A DNA stretch of 64,000 nucleotides from an uncultured Arenicella sp. (lineage in GTDB: Bacteria > Pseudomonadota > Gammaproteobacteria > Arenicellales > Arenicellaceae): positions 8,614 through 72,613 of the forward strand of contig CANMNN010000016.1 in NCBI GenBank assembly GCA_947499305.1. The letters are read 5' to 3'. Of this stretch, positions 8,237-17,847 are shown piece after piece. A program made the position numbers and the translations under genes. The number at the start of each line of letters is the position of its first letter. Position 1 is the stretch's first letter. The notes under the pieces were generated by a model. The model was not told the DNA's origin and searched no databases. It saw only the letters and a program-made list of their open reading frames with translations.

Positions 8237-11152
8237 ATGCTCAGACTAAGAAAACTCACTACTATTACCTTTTACGCCGCGTTTCTATTGTTATTGCAAG
8301 CGTGTTCATCATCCGAAAATACAGAGAATGGAGCCGAAGAAAACTGGCAGTGGGAAGTAGTCACTACCCAAGGCAAGCCGACGGCTCGCCACGAGGCATC
8401 GTTCCTAGAGCATCAAGGGTTGTTGTATTTACTCGGTGGCCGACGTATTAACCCCGTTGATGTATTTGACCCTAAAACATCCGCATGGACTGCGAAGTCG
8501 CAAACGCCTTTAGAAATTCACCACTTTCAAGCGGTTTCGGTTGGCGACGCGATTTACATTGTTGGTGCGATGACAGGCCAATATCCTAACGAAACGCCAT
8601 TAGCAAATGTGATTGCCTACTATCCGGCAAGTGATACGTTTGAAACACTGCATGAGATCCCCGAATCGCGCCGGCGTGGCGGAGCAGGCGCGGTGGTTTA
8701 TAACGATAAGATCTATATTGTTGGTGGCATTAAAAACGGTCATGTAGACGGCTATGTTCCCTGGCTTGACGAGTACGATCCAGCAACCGGCGAATGGACC
8801 GCCCTACCTGACGCGAGCTTTGCGAGAGATCATGTGCAGGCGGTCGTTCAAAACGACAAACTCTACGTATTTGGAGGCCGCACCAGTCGGCAGCGCACAA
8901 ATCAAGTTCTTGAGCTGCTTGTGAAATACGGCGAGACGTTTGATTTGAAAACCAAGCGTTGGGCTCCTGTAAAGCAAAGCATGGCCTTGCCGACCTTAAG
9001 AGCGGGTAATAGTTTATTAGCCTGGGGTGACGAAATAATAGTGGCCGGTGGAGAGAGTCATACTCAGGAATTGTCGCATTTTGAGATGGACAGTTTTAAC
9101 ACCGCAAGCCAAACCTGGAGTCGTTGGCCCGACTCTATCGCGGCTCGTCATGGAACGGGTTTTGCCGTATCCGGTGACTACGTTTATATCGCTTCTGGCT
9201 CGGCAAATCGCGGTGGCGGCCCTGAGCTGGATACCATTGAACGACTAAAACTGCCACAAAATAACAAGCCCGCAGTTGCTATTCCAAGCACGTCAACAAG
9301 CGCGACAGCGGACGAAGGCTTAGATGTTCATCAAAACTGGCATACTGTAACCATCGACTTTGACGGCCCTGAGTTATCTGAGACTGGCACTCCAAACCCC
9401 TTTACTGATTATCGGCTTGATGTTGTGTTTGTGAATCAACTTGGTAAACGAACCGTGCGCGGGTTTTACGCGGCTGACGGTGATGCGGCAAATACTAGTG
9501 CTGACAGTGGCAAAGTATGGCGAGTTCGGTTTACCCCACACATAAAAGGAAAGTGGGGGTACACAGCGGTGTTACGCGCAGGGAAGGATATCGCGATTGG
9601 CGAAAACCTAGATACCGCTCAAGCGATAGAGATTAGCAATGCAAAAGGCGAGTTTTATGTTGTCGACAGTGATAAAGAAATGCCTGACTTTCGAGCCAAA
9701 GGCTTTCTTGCCGCCGACGGCCCATACTTTCGATTTCGCGATAGTGGTGACTATTGGATAAAAGCAGGTGCGAATAGTCCTGAGAACATCTTAGGCTTTC
9801 ACGAGTTTGACGGCACCTATCAACACGGCTCGAACGACCGTGATGGAGAAGCCGCGACTAGTGATCAACTTCATCGTTTTGAACCCCACCTCAAAGATTG
9901 GCAAATAGGCGATCCAACTTGGCAGAACGGTAAAGGTAAAGCACTTATTGGCGCCTACAACTATCTCGCATCACAGGGCATGAATAGTAATTACTTTCTG
10001 ACCATGAACATTGATGGCGATGGTAAAGACGTATGGCCGTTTGTAAGCCACGATGATTTCACGCGCTTTGATGTGAGCAAGTTAGCACAATGGAATATCG
10101 TATTTGAGCACATGCAATCAAAGGGCATTCTATTACACGCCACTATTCAAGAAACCGAGAATGAACGCTTGTTTGATGACGGCGAAATGGGCTCTCAACG
10201 AAAGCTCTATCTAAGCGAATTGATCGCACGCTTTAGTCACCATCCTGCTTTGGTTTGGAACCTCGGTGAAGAAAATGGCCCAGTACCCTTTTCTCCCATT
10301 GGTCAAAACGATCAACAGCGCAAAGACATGTCGAGCTACTTCGAGGAGTCCGACCCCTATGGCCACCCAGTGCTCTTGCACACGCACTCTACGCCAAAAC
10401 ATAAAGAAGAGATAGTGGCTCCACAACTTGGCCATGCGCCGCTTGATGGTCTTTCGTTTCAAGTAGAAAAACGTGCGATGGTTAATGGTGAAATTCAAAA
10501 ATGGCGCGCAAAGTCAAAGGCTGCTGGAAATGAATGGCTAATAAGCATGGATGAGATCGGCACTTGGCAACACGGTGCGATTACCGACGCTGAAGACCCA
10601 GATCACGAGCGCCTTCGTCATTGGGTGCTATGGGGAACATTACTCGGTGGTGGTGCCGGTGTTGAATGGTACTTTGGTGCCAAGCATGAAGGTACCGATT
10701 TAACGACTGAAGACTGGCGTCCACGCGAGCGACTTTGGGAGCTAAGTAACCATGCCAGAAGTTTCTTTGAAAACTATGTTCCGTTTTGGGAAATGGCGTC
10801 AAATAACGCTTTAATTTCGCAGGAAGGCGACTCCGAGCAATTGCCAGAAAATCATCCCGAAAACGGCGGACCTAGCGGCGATGTTGTGCTGACCGATGTT
10901 GGTCAAAAACCAGCACTGGCCTTTGCAAAAGAAGGAGAGGTTTATGTTGGCTATCTCAGCCGCGTTGAAGGCACGACACTCGATCTAAGCTCGGCAAGTG
11001 GCGACTTTAGTTTACGTTGGTTTGATCCACTAAATGGCGGCGAACTGCAAACTGGCGAAATTGGCATGCTCACCGGCGGCTCCGAGGTCAGTTTAGGCAA
11101 AGCACCGACCGACGCTAAACAAGATTGGGTGATATTGGTTAGCAAGCTCTAA
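8237..11152 (+). CDS. Lipoprotein: Kelch beta-propeller + DUF5060-like + glycoside-hydrolase-like barrel + C-terminal beta domain
   Basis: Lipobox LQAC; Kelch repeats (YLLGG, IYIVGG, LYVFGG, YIASG); NPFTDYRLDVVF / GFYAADG / WRVRFTP; LVWNLGEEN; LRWFDPLNGG tail. Confidence 0.75.
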   Translation: MLRLRKLTTITFYAAFLLLLQACSSSENTENGAEENWQWEVVTTQGKPTARHEASFLEHQGLLYLLGGRRINPVDVFDPKTSAWTAKSQTPLEIHHFQAVSVGDAIYIVGAMTGQYPNETPLANVIAYYPASDTFETLHEIPESRRRGGAGAVVYNDKIYIVGGIKNGHVDGYVPWLDEYDPATGEWTALPDASFARDHVQAVVQNDKLYVFGGRTSRQRTNQVLELLVKYGETFDLKTKRWAPVKQSMALPTLRAGNSLLAWGDEIIVAGGESHTQELSHFEMDSFNTASQTWSRWPDSIAARHGTGFAVSGDYVYIASGSANRGGGPELDTIERLKLPQNNKPAVAIPSTSTSATADEGLDVHQNWHTVTIDFDGPELSETGTPNPFTDYRLDVVFVNQLGKRTVRGFYAADGDAANTSADSGKVWRVRFTPHIKGKWGYTAVLRAGKDIAIGENLDTAQAIEISNAKGEFYVVDSDKEMPDFRAKGFLAADGPYFRFRDSGDYWIKAGANSPENILGFHEFDGTYQHGSNDRDGEAATSDQLHRFEPHLKDWQIGDPTWQNGKGKALIGAYNYLASQGMNSNYFLTMNIDGDGKDVWPFVSHDDFTRFDVSKLAQWNIVFEHMQSKGILLHATIQETENERLFDDGEMGSQRKLYLSELIARFSHHPALVWNLGEENGPVPFSPIGQNDQQRKDMSSYFEESDPYGHPVLLHTHSTPKHKEEIVAPQLGHAPLDGLSFQVEKRAMVNGEIQKWRAKSKAAGNEWLISMDEIGTWQHGAITDAEDPDHERLRHWVLWGTLLGGGAGVEWYFGAKHEGTDLTTEDWRPRERLWELSNHARSFFENYVPFWEMASNNALISQEGDSEQLPENHPENGGPSGDVVLTDVGQKPALAFAKEGEVYVGYLSRVEGTTLDLSSASGDFSLRWFDPLNGGELQTGEIGMLTGGSEVSLGKAPTDAKQDWVILVSKL

Positions 11153-11216
11153 AAATAAATACAAGATCGCCACGGGTTTAAGCATAGCGATCGCTCACAC
11201 TAATTACTCTAATAAT

Positions 11217-11543
11217 TTATAAATAAAGGGACACCAGTACCAGGCTCATCGCGCCAGGAAGTCTTACATAGACTGTCCCATTTGGTAATCTAACCGGTCT
11301 AAATGGCGTTGATATAGCTGGAGTTACGAACTCGTATGCCTGTGATTCTCCCTAGGCTTCTAAAGCAACTGTATCACCGGGACTTAGTTGGTCGTGGCCA
11401 TAGTCGCTCTTAAAAACATTTGCCTGCAAAGTGCTGCTGAAGTTCTATGATGACCCGGTGTTGAAAACAAAACCTGTTGCGTAAGCAGCAGTTGTTATGC
11501 CTAAAGCTAAGATTAGTGTTGTTCGAATTTTATTCGTTTTTAT
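11217..11543 (-). pseudogene. Cryptic small secreted-protein gene interrupted by two in-frame TAG codons
   Basis: Hand translation from ATA at 11543: KTNKIRTTLILALGITTAAYA (signal-peptide-like), TAG at 11447-11445 and 11354-11352, TAA at 11219-11217. Confidence 0.5.
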
Positions 11544-11567
11544 ACGTATTCGGTGGACTGTTATATA

Positions 11568-12515
11568 TTAATTTGGTCGATTTAGTGTCGTGAAAGTCTG
11601 TCCTTTTAATTCTATATTTACATATTTCTTGGCCATCGTTTCTAGCTCTTTAAATCGATAAACAGGAATTTCTAAAGATAATTTCTCGATAATTCGTGCC
11701 TTTAAGGGATCCGGTTGAGGCACCATTTCTCGATGAACAAGCCAGTTGAAGAGTGATTTTTCGTTGCCGATTTCGCCACGCTTTAAAACGGCGTTAGAGT
11801 TGTTCAAGTAGTGCAGGCCGAGGAAAGCCGCCGCGTCAGTGCTTCCGTTTTGAAGAGCTTTTTCAGCGTAACCTACTTGGCTAGATGTGAATTTATTTAA
11901 CGCGATCATATTAAGCTCTTCGTTACGATCTAAGATGCCGTCAATATGGTAGGGGGCGGCCATAGCATATTCCATCATGCTTTCTAAATCGCCCGTGTCT
12001 GCTGCCATTTTGAAAAATCTAACAGACTCTTTAATCTGAGCCGTACTTAGTCCTTTGCAGATACTGTACCCTTTAGTTATTGCTTCTAAAGGATGAGAGA
12101 CACTATTCGTTATTTCTTTTTTGTAGTCTTCCTTTGAGCGAGCTTGAAGAGCGCAGAATTGCAGTGTTTTCCCTAGGACAAGCGCTGCATCTAGATCACC
12201 AGAATTTGCTAGCTTGACCCATTGCTCATAGTCGGACGATAAGCCATCGGTTATACCCCCCTTTTGCTTTAAAAATTCGACGCTTTTGGGGGTTAGGTTC
12301 TCAGCAGTTTTCTCTTTAGATCCACTTATGTCAAACTCACTAATTAATGTTTCAGCGTCTTGGCTCGCCTTTTTTGGTAAGTCTGTTAACCGGTTTTTTT
12401 GAGCCGAATTCTTTTTATTTAGTTCATTAAGGCTAATTGCTGCGTCTTTTTGAAAATAGGCGACGCAAGCGGCAGAGACTAGTGCAATCAGCGCGAAGGG
12501 AAAAATAACTTTCAT
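11568..12515 (-). CDS. Secreted or membrane-anchored hypothetical protein with Sel1-like repeats
   Basis: N-terminal hydrophobic leader; LANSGDLDAALVLG, FKMAADTGDLESMMEYA and ALQNGSTDAAAFLG resemble Sel1 repeats. Confidence 0.7.
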   Translation of the reverse strand: MKVIFPFALIALVSAACVAYFQKDAAISLNELNKKNSAQKNRLTDLPKKASQDAETLISEFDISGSKEKTAENLTPKSVEFLKQKGGITDGLSSDYEQWVKLANSGDLDAALVLGKTLQFCALQARSKEDYKKEITNSVSHPLEAITKGYSICKGLSTAQIKESVRFFKMAADTGDLESMMEYAMAAPYHIDGILDRNEELNMIALNKFTSSQVGYAEKALQNGSTDAAAFLGLHYLNNSNAVLKRGEIGNEKSLFNWLVHREMVPQPDPLKARIIEKLSLEIPVYRFKELETMAKKYVNIELKGQTFTTLNRPN

Positions 12516-12800
12516 GTCTATTAATGCTTTAATCCTTTTATTTTGTAGGAACTATACCTGAAAAAAAACTTGGACTACAACGCTGATTTATCTTACTCGC
12601 AATCAGGCTCCTACTTTAGGTATCCAAATAAATTACTTCTATGCGTTTACATGATTAAGAGCACTAAAAAGCCAATTTGGTGACAACAGTGATTGCGAGG
12701 CGATCATGAGAATAATGATTAATCCAGTTTCTTTCGTTGACAAGGCTCTTGCCTTCTCTTTTCTTTAGAGCGTCTTCGCATTTCAATTTGCGTCAAGCTA

Positions 12801-14297
12801 TCACGTTGGTCTAAAAAACGGTGAAACCTGTTTCACCGCAGCCGAATAGCCTCGATAGGCCGACGAGTAGGCCGCCACATTTTCGGGCCTAGGCTTGCAG
12901 CCTTTAGATTCATCAAACTCGTAATGATCTGCTAAAAATTCTCGCGTGCAAGCCGCACTATTGAGCGTTGCGAATGCCTGAAGAGCGGCGCCGAACGCAG
13001 CGCCTTCGTTATTGCGCATGATAAGCACTTCCGCGTTCATTACGTCTGCGATTATTTGTCGCCAAGCAGGGCTATTTGAGCCACCACCGGTGAGCACTAT
13101 TTGCTCGGTTTTAACGCCTAAACGGGCGAGTTCATCGACACCAAACTTCAATGCAAAGCTCGCACCTTCTACGGCAGACCTAAGTAAATTTTCGGGCGTC
13201 ATGTTGTTGCTGTCTAAACCTATTATGCAGCCTTTCGCATTGGGAAGGTTCGGCGTACGCTCGCCATTAAAAAATGGCAGCGTGATAATGCCACTCGAAC
13301 CTATCTCAGCCTGATTGAGCGCATTATCGAAATCGGCAATCTCAAGATTAAGTAGCTTTCGGGCGAGTTCAGTGGTTACCGTGCAATTCATTGTGCATAA
13401 CAGCGGCATCCATCCTCCGGTTGACGAACAGAACGCTGAGATATTGCCTGCATCATCGATAACCGGATGATCAGCGTAAGCATATGCTGTGCCTGAAGTG
13501 CCTAAGCTGATGGTAGTGCGTCCAACACTGAGGTTTCCCGTGCCAATCGCGCCCATCATATTGTCTCCGCCACCAACCGCAATTGGAATGCCAGCAGTCA
13601 AGCCAGTCTGCTGTGCTGCTGTTTCGCTTAATTTGCCAGCAAGGTCCGTGCTGTCTAATAGTGGAGGTAAACAGTCTTTTAGATCTCGCTCTGAATCGAT
13701 CGCATATAAAACGTCTGACGACCATTCGCGTGTGTGTATGTTCAAAAAACCAGTACCGGACGCGTCGCCAAACTCCATGCTGCGTTCACCGCTTAGCCAA
13801 AAATTTAGATAGTCGTGTGGCAGCAAAATAGTATCCAGTTGCTGGTATACCTCGGGCTGACTTTTTTTAAGTGCCAACACCTTTGACGCAGTAAAGCCTA
13901 CCAAAATTTTATTACCACTCAACTCCAAGCAGCTATCTTCACCGCCCATACGGTTCATGATTTCACTACATTCTCGCTGGGTAGTTGTGTCGCACCAAAG
14001 CTTAACAGGTGCAAGAACATTTCCACTTCTATCAAGCGCGACAAAGCCGTGTTGTTGCCCTGAAACTGACAACGCCCGTACTGACTCTTTAAGTTCTGTG
14101 GGCGCTTCTTCTAATGCGGATAACAATGCATCAATCCACCAATCGGCCTGCTGTTCAGCTTTACCGCTCGCATCTTGGTCTAAATCGAGTTCGGACGATG
14201 AGCTGAAAACCGTTTTACGGTTCTCGTAATCGTAAAATAGAATTTTAATTGACTGAGTCCCTAGATCAATTCCTAGGGTGGTATGGCTGACTGACAT
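12801..14297 (-). CDS. xylB: Xylulokinase (FGGY family)
   Basis: LGIDLGTQSIK, SGQQHGFVALD, GGGDNMMGAIG, ISLGTSGT, FFNGERTPNLP. Start moved to ATG 14297, which has a GAGGA RBS; ORF track gave 14345. Confidence 0.9.
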   Translation of the reverse strand: MSVSHTTLGIDLGTQSIKILFYDYENRKTVFSSSSELDLDQDASGKAEQQADWWIDALLSALEEAPTELKESVRALSVSGQQHGFVALDRSGNVLAPVKLWCDTTTQRECSEIMNRMGGEDSCLELSGNKILVGFTASKVLALKKSQPEVYQQLDTILLPHDYLNFWLSGERSMEFGDASGTGFLNIHTREWSSDVLYAIDSERDLKDCLPPLLDSTDLAGKLSETAAQQTGLTAGIPIAVGGGDNMMGAIGTGNLSVGRTTISLGTSGTAYAYADHPVIDDAGNISAFCSSTGGWMPLLCTMNCTVTTELARKLLNLEIADFDNALNQAEIGSSGIITLPFFNGERTPNLPNAKGCIIGLDSNNMTPENLLRSAVEGASFALKFGVDELARLGVKTEQIVLTGGGSNSPAWRQIIADVMNAEVLIMRNNEGAAFGAALQAFATLNSAACTREFLADHYEFDESKGCKPRPENVAAYSSAYRGYSAAVKQVSPFFRPT

Positions 14298-14799
14298 TGT
14301 TAAGTTATCCTCGCATAAATAACTGATTAGCCCCTCGGCGAACAACAGCTTGCTCGGCTACGACTAAAGAGATAATCAGGGCCAAAAACTAATTGCTAAT
14401 AGGGAGAATTAAACGCCGAATCGGCTTGCCATCAACTCGTAATTTGAGCCGATCGCATAGGCCGATCATTAGCTCTAAGGTTACCTTAAAAGCAAAGAAG
14501 CTGAGAGTATTTTTTACGCCTCAATTGATGCTAGTTGAGCTTAGAAGAATATGGCATATCGCGTCTCTTAATCTTTGAAAATACACTTCACCAAACCTAA
14601 GATCTATTCATACATAACGAAAAATAAGACTGCAAAACCTTATAAGAACTGACACCTACAGCCGCAGGGCCGCTTGCTGTGTAGAGTTAAACTCTTGTGC
14701 TATAGTCGAGTGATGGGTAGGTAAAAGTTTGACTCACGTTATATGCGAAACTTAATTGCAGTCGGTAACGAAAACTTTGAAAGAATAGGATGGGATTAA

Positions 14800-15393
14800 T
14801 TGTTGAATAGTCAGCAAGCTGCGCAGGATGACTCAGGCGCGTTAATGGTAACAAGGATTGGCGAGGGCGATGCTCTGGCTGAAAGCGCTCTCGTTAATAA
14901 GTACTACAAAAGCCTGCATTTCATCTTAATGCGACGTTGCAATAATGACGAACAGCTAGCCGCCGATATAGCCCAAGACGCATTCATCGTGGTGATTAAC
15001 AAAGCCCGCGAAAAGAAAATAAATTCGCCAGAGGCCATTGCGGCCTTTATACGTCAAACAGGCGTTAATCTGATGATTGCTCATTTTAGAAAAGAAACTC
15101 GCCGTGCTACTGACACCTATGGCGAAGTAAGCATCGAAGTACCGGACATAACAACAAACGTCTCACGTGCTGTTGAGTCAAATCAAACTCTAGGTCTAGT
15201 TCAACAATTGATCGAAGAAATGAAGGTCGAGCGCGACCGCGATATCTTGCTAAGTTATTACGCCAAAGAAGAAGAGAAGAGCAGTATCTGTAACCGCTTA
15301 GAGTTAACGCCAGCGCATTTCGACCGGGTGTTATTCAGAGCAAGGAGCCGACTAAAGCAATTGATCGACTTCAAGATAGGAGGGCAACAATGA
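14800..15393 (+). CDS. ECF-type RNA polymerase sigma factor
   Basis: Region 2 (AADIAQDAFIVVI...AFIRQTGVNLMIAHFRK) and region 4 (RDRDILLSYY...ICNRLELTPAHFDRVLFRARSRLK); no regions 1 or 3; TTG start. Confidence 0.9.
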   Translation: MLNSQQAAQDDSGALMVTRIGEGDALAESALVNKYYKSLHFILMRRCNNDEQLAADIAQDAFIVVINKAREKKINSPEAIAAFIRQTGVNLMIAHFRKETRRATDTYGEVSIEVPDITTNVSRAVESNQTLGLVQQLIEEMKVERDRDILLSYYAKEEEKSSICNRLELTPAHFDRVLFRARSRLKQLIDFKIGGQQ

Positions 15394-15536
15394 ACCCAAC
15401 TATAAAAAAAATATCTATAAAGATGAGAGAACAAGCAAGTACTTGTCACTCAACAGCCAGAAGTACACATAAAAGTGCACCGAAGTTAGGGGAATTACTC
15501 CGAGGTTGTTATGCGGAGGGGCATTATTATGGATAA
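15390..15536 (+). CDS. 48-aa sORF translationally coupled to the sigma and anti-sigma-like genes
   Basis: AGGAGG RBS then ATG overlapping the sigma stop (ATGA); its TAA overlaps the next gene start. MNPTIKKISIKMREQASTCHSTARSTHKSAPKLGELLRGCYAEGHYYG. Confidence 0.5.
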   Translation: MNPTIKKISIKMREQASTCHSTARSTHKSAPKLGELLRGCYAEGHYYG

Positions 15537-16173
15537 AAAGTACATTCAAGATAACGAAATAGATATTAAGTATTTGCGCGGACAATTGGCTGATGATGAG
15601 CTTGAGTTGTTTGAGATTTATTTGATGGAGAATCCGGAGGCGTTGGAGCAACTAGAGGTAGATTCTCTTTTGCTGACTACGAAAGTAAAAGGCCATAAAG
15701 AAGCTACGAGCTTGTTTTCGAAATTTAAAAAGTCATTAACCCCGATACTTGCGATTGCGTTTTCTATTGTTGCAACAGCTATTCTTGTAGTGATACCAAG
15801 CAATAACAAAAACAATTTGACCGCGGTCTACACTTTAGAGCTTGAGAACTTAAGAAGTACCAGTCCCGTTGAAAGTCCGAATCAGTTGTTCCTTGAAAGG
15901 CTAGAACAATCAAAAGAAATTGATTTGACTTTCTTTCTGGCTGCAGAAGTTCCTGAAGTCGATGTAAGGCTGTTTAAGGTTGATAAGAATTCAGCGAAAG
16001 CTTGTGATGGAGACGGGGATCTAGTTTTTACATCAAATGTAGCTGTAGCAGAATCGAAATATTCTTTTTTGGTGCCCCCATCAAAATTTAATAGTGGTGA
16101 ATACGTTGTTTGTGCTTTTACCGCTGAGAGTTTGATAATTCAATATCGAGTGAGTGTTGTTAAAGAAAAATAA
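15529..16173 (+). CDS. Putative anti-sigma factor (N-terminal helical domain, one TM, periplasmic domain)
   Basis: YLRGQLADDELELFEIYL resembles a zinc-free anti-sigma domain; TM LTPILAIAFSIVATAILVVIP; directly downstream of the ECF. Start taken at ATG 15529 (GGAGGGG RBS); track gave 15511. Confidence 0.65.
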   Translation: MDKKYIQDNEIDIKYLRGQLADDELELFEIYLMENPEALEQLEVDSLLLTTKVKGHKEATSLFSKFKKSLTPILAIAFSIVATAILVVIPSNNKNNLTAVYTLELENLRSTSPVESPNQLFLERLEQSKEIDLTFFLAAEVPEVDVRLFKVDKNSAKACDGDGDLVFTSNVAVAESKYSFLVPPSKFNSGEYVVCAFTAESLIIQYRVSVVKEK

Positions 16174-16190
16174 ATATATGAGGATTAGGT

Positions 16191-17834
16191 ATGGGGTCTG
16201 GAGATGATGCTGGCGAAAAAAAATACGAATACACACGAGGCGCAACTGACTATTTAGATAGTCAATGGGATGCAATAAATAGAGGAAATCAACGAGATTT
16301 AGAAGCGCTGCAAAAAGACCAGTCTCGATCACCTTTCTCGGAGCAGAATTCTATAATCGAGGCAGTAAGGGCCGAGAGATTTTTCCCGAATATGCCAATA
16401 ACATGGGAAATAGAAGAGTATGAATTGTTTAAAGACGATTCTGTTTCTAGTTGTGTGTGTAAGTTGAATGATGCTGCGGTTGAGGCTATTGCTGAAGCCA
16501 TGTTCAAACTACCGAATAACGTGCGTGCGCGTCTGCAGCCGGCCGGATATACCTATTTTTCCCAGCTTCTCACTCATGACATTGTTCCCAGTACTACTTT
16601 ATCTAAGTATGCTAAGACCTCGTCAGCGCTAAACCTAGATAGCATTTACTTTGACTTCGCGGAGTTAAATCGATGGGGAGGTGTGAATGATGATGGAACG
16701 TTTGTTTTTACTCTTTGTGACACCGACCTTTGGAGAGAAAAATGGACAGTCGACGAAATCGAATGTAGCGGAATTAAAGTAGAGGCTAATCGAACCGAGC
16801 CGTATCATTTTGCAGTTGTGCCTGAACATCGCAACGATGGAAATACTATATTGTCTCAGCTTCATTTGTTGCTACAAAAAGCGCACAATCATATTGTACA
16901 TTTGCTCAAACACGCTGATAGCAATAAGAAAGGGTTTGAATATTTTGAAAAAGCGAAAGAAATTTTGGTGCTCCTTTTCCAAAAATTATGTATCAACGAT
17001 CTCTTGAAGGTCACCATCGACCCCGATACTTATGATTATTATTTTGAGCATAATGGGTCGAGCCTTTTCCCAAAATTAGGTATGGCGGGAGCGGTGCCGA
17101 AAGAATTCACTCATGCTGTGTCCCGTTATTCGCATACTATGATTCGCCCTCGCTATAAAATCAATCATAGAGATGTTACAGGGACTCTAGTTGAAGATAT
17201 TTTCGCTAAAAACAGGCCAATAGATAAAGATCTTGTTATCGACGATTGGGACCTCTTTTTCGATAAACCATGGGTCAATATTCCTAACGCTGTAAACAAG
17301 GCACAAAAAATTGAATTGCGGGCGGCAAAGCTAGGAGTTTCAAGTGGGCCAATTGATAATCGTAGGAACCCATCCAAGAATCTAGCTACGTTTGATATTG
17401 CTGCATCCAGAGAATTGTGTACGTTCTCTAGTGTTATGCGAAATAAGAATGTTCGACTGTTTTTAGAGCATGTCAAAGGCGTCGATGCCCAAAGTTATTT
17501 TGGTCGAATTGACTACTCTAAAATCAATAAAAAGTTAGCGACACTTCCTGGTGAGAGGGTTGAATTAGACAACTTAAATTCTCCGTTTTTGCTGTCGATG
17601 CTATTGGAGTCGCATGCTATGCCTCAATTACATAATAGAGATCGACTCGGAGTTGTTGGAAGTATTGTCTATGCCGAAACAATAAGAGAGTGTGTTAACA
17701 ATGCCGAAATCAATATCTTTCAGAATAACAAGATTTTGATGGATAGACTTGATTGGGGTTATTTGACTTATGAACATCTTTTAACCTCTATTAACCCTTT
17801 GAACCTGCGGAATCTTGCAAGATTAAACCTTTAG
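16191..17834 (+). CDS. Heme peroxidase, peroxidase-cyclooxygenase (An_peroxidase-like) superfamily, divergent
   Basis: GYTYFSQLLTHDI (distal Q/H), LNLDSIY, RNDGNTILSQLH (distal R), PKEF...SRYSHTMIRPRY (proximal H), RLGVVGSIVYAE. Confidence 0.8.
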   Translation: MGSGDDAGEKKYEYTRGATDYLDSQWDAINRGNQRDLEALQKDQSRSPFSEQNSIIEAVRAERFFPNMPITWEIEEYELFKDDSVSSCVCKLNDAAVEAIAEAMFKLPNNVRARLQPAGYTYFSQLLTHDIVPSTTLSKYAKTSSALNLDSIYFDFAELNRWGGVNDDGTFVFTLCDTDLWREKWTVDEIECSGIKVEANRTEPYHFAVVPEHRNDGNTILSQLHLLLQKAHNHIVHLLKHADSNKKGFEYFEKAKEILVLLFQKLCINDLLKVTIDPDTYDYYFEHNGSSLFPKLGMAGAVPKEFTHAVSRYSHTMIRPRYKINHRDVTGTLVEDIFAKNRPIDKDLVIDDWDLFFDKPWVNIPNAVNKAQKIELRAAKLGVSSGPIDNRRNPSKNLATFDIAASRELCTFSSVMRNKNVRLFLEHVKGVDAQSYFGRIDYSKINKKLATLPGERVELDNLNSPFLLSMLLESHAMPQLHNRDRLGVVGSIVYAETIRECVNNAEINIFQNNKILMDRLDWGYLTYEHLLTSINPLNLRNLARLNL

Positions 17835-17847
17835 AATCGGAGTAAAA

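Noticed and set aside
14393-14578. 61-aa ORF between xylB and the ECF sigma
   Set aside because: TTG start, no RBS and no protein-like pattern; probably promoter DNA.
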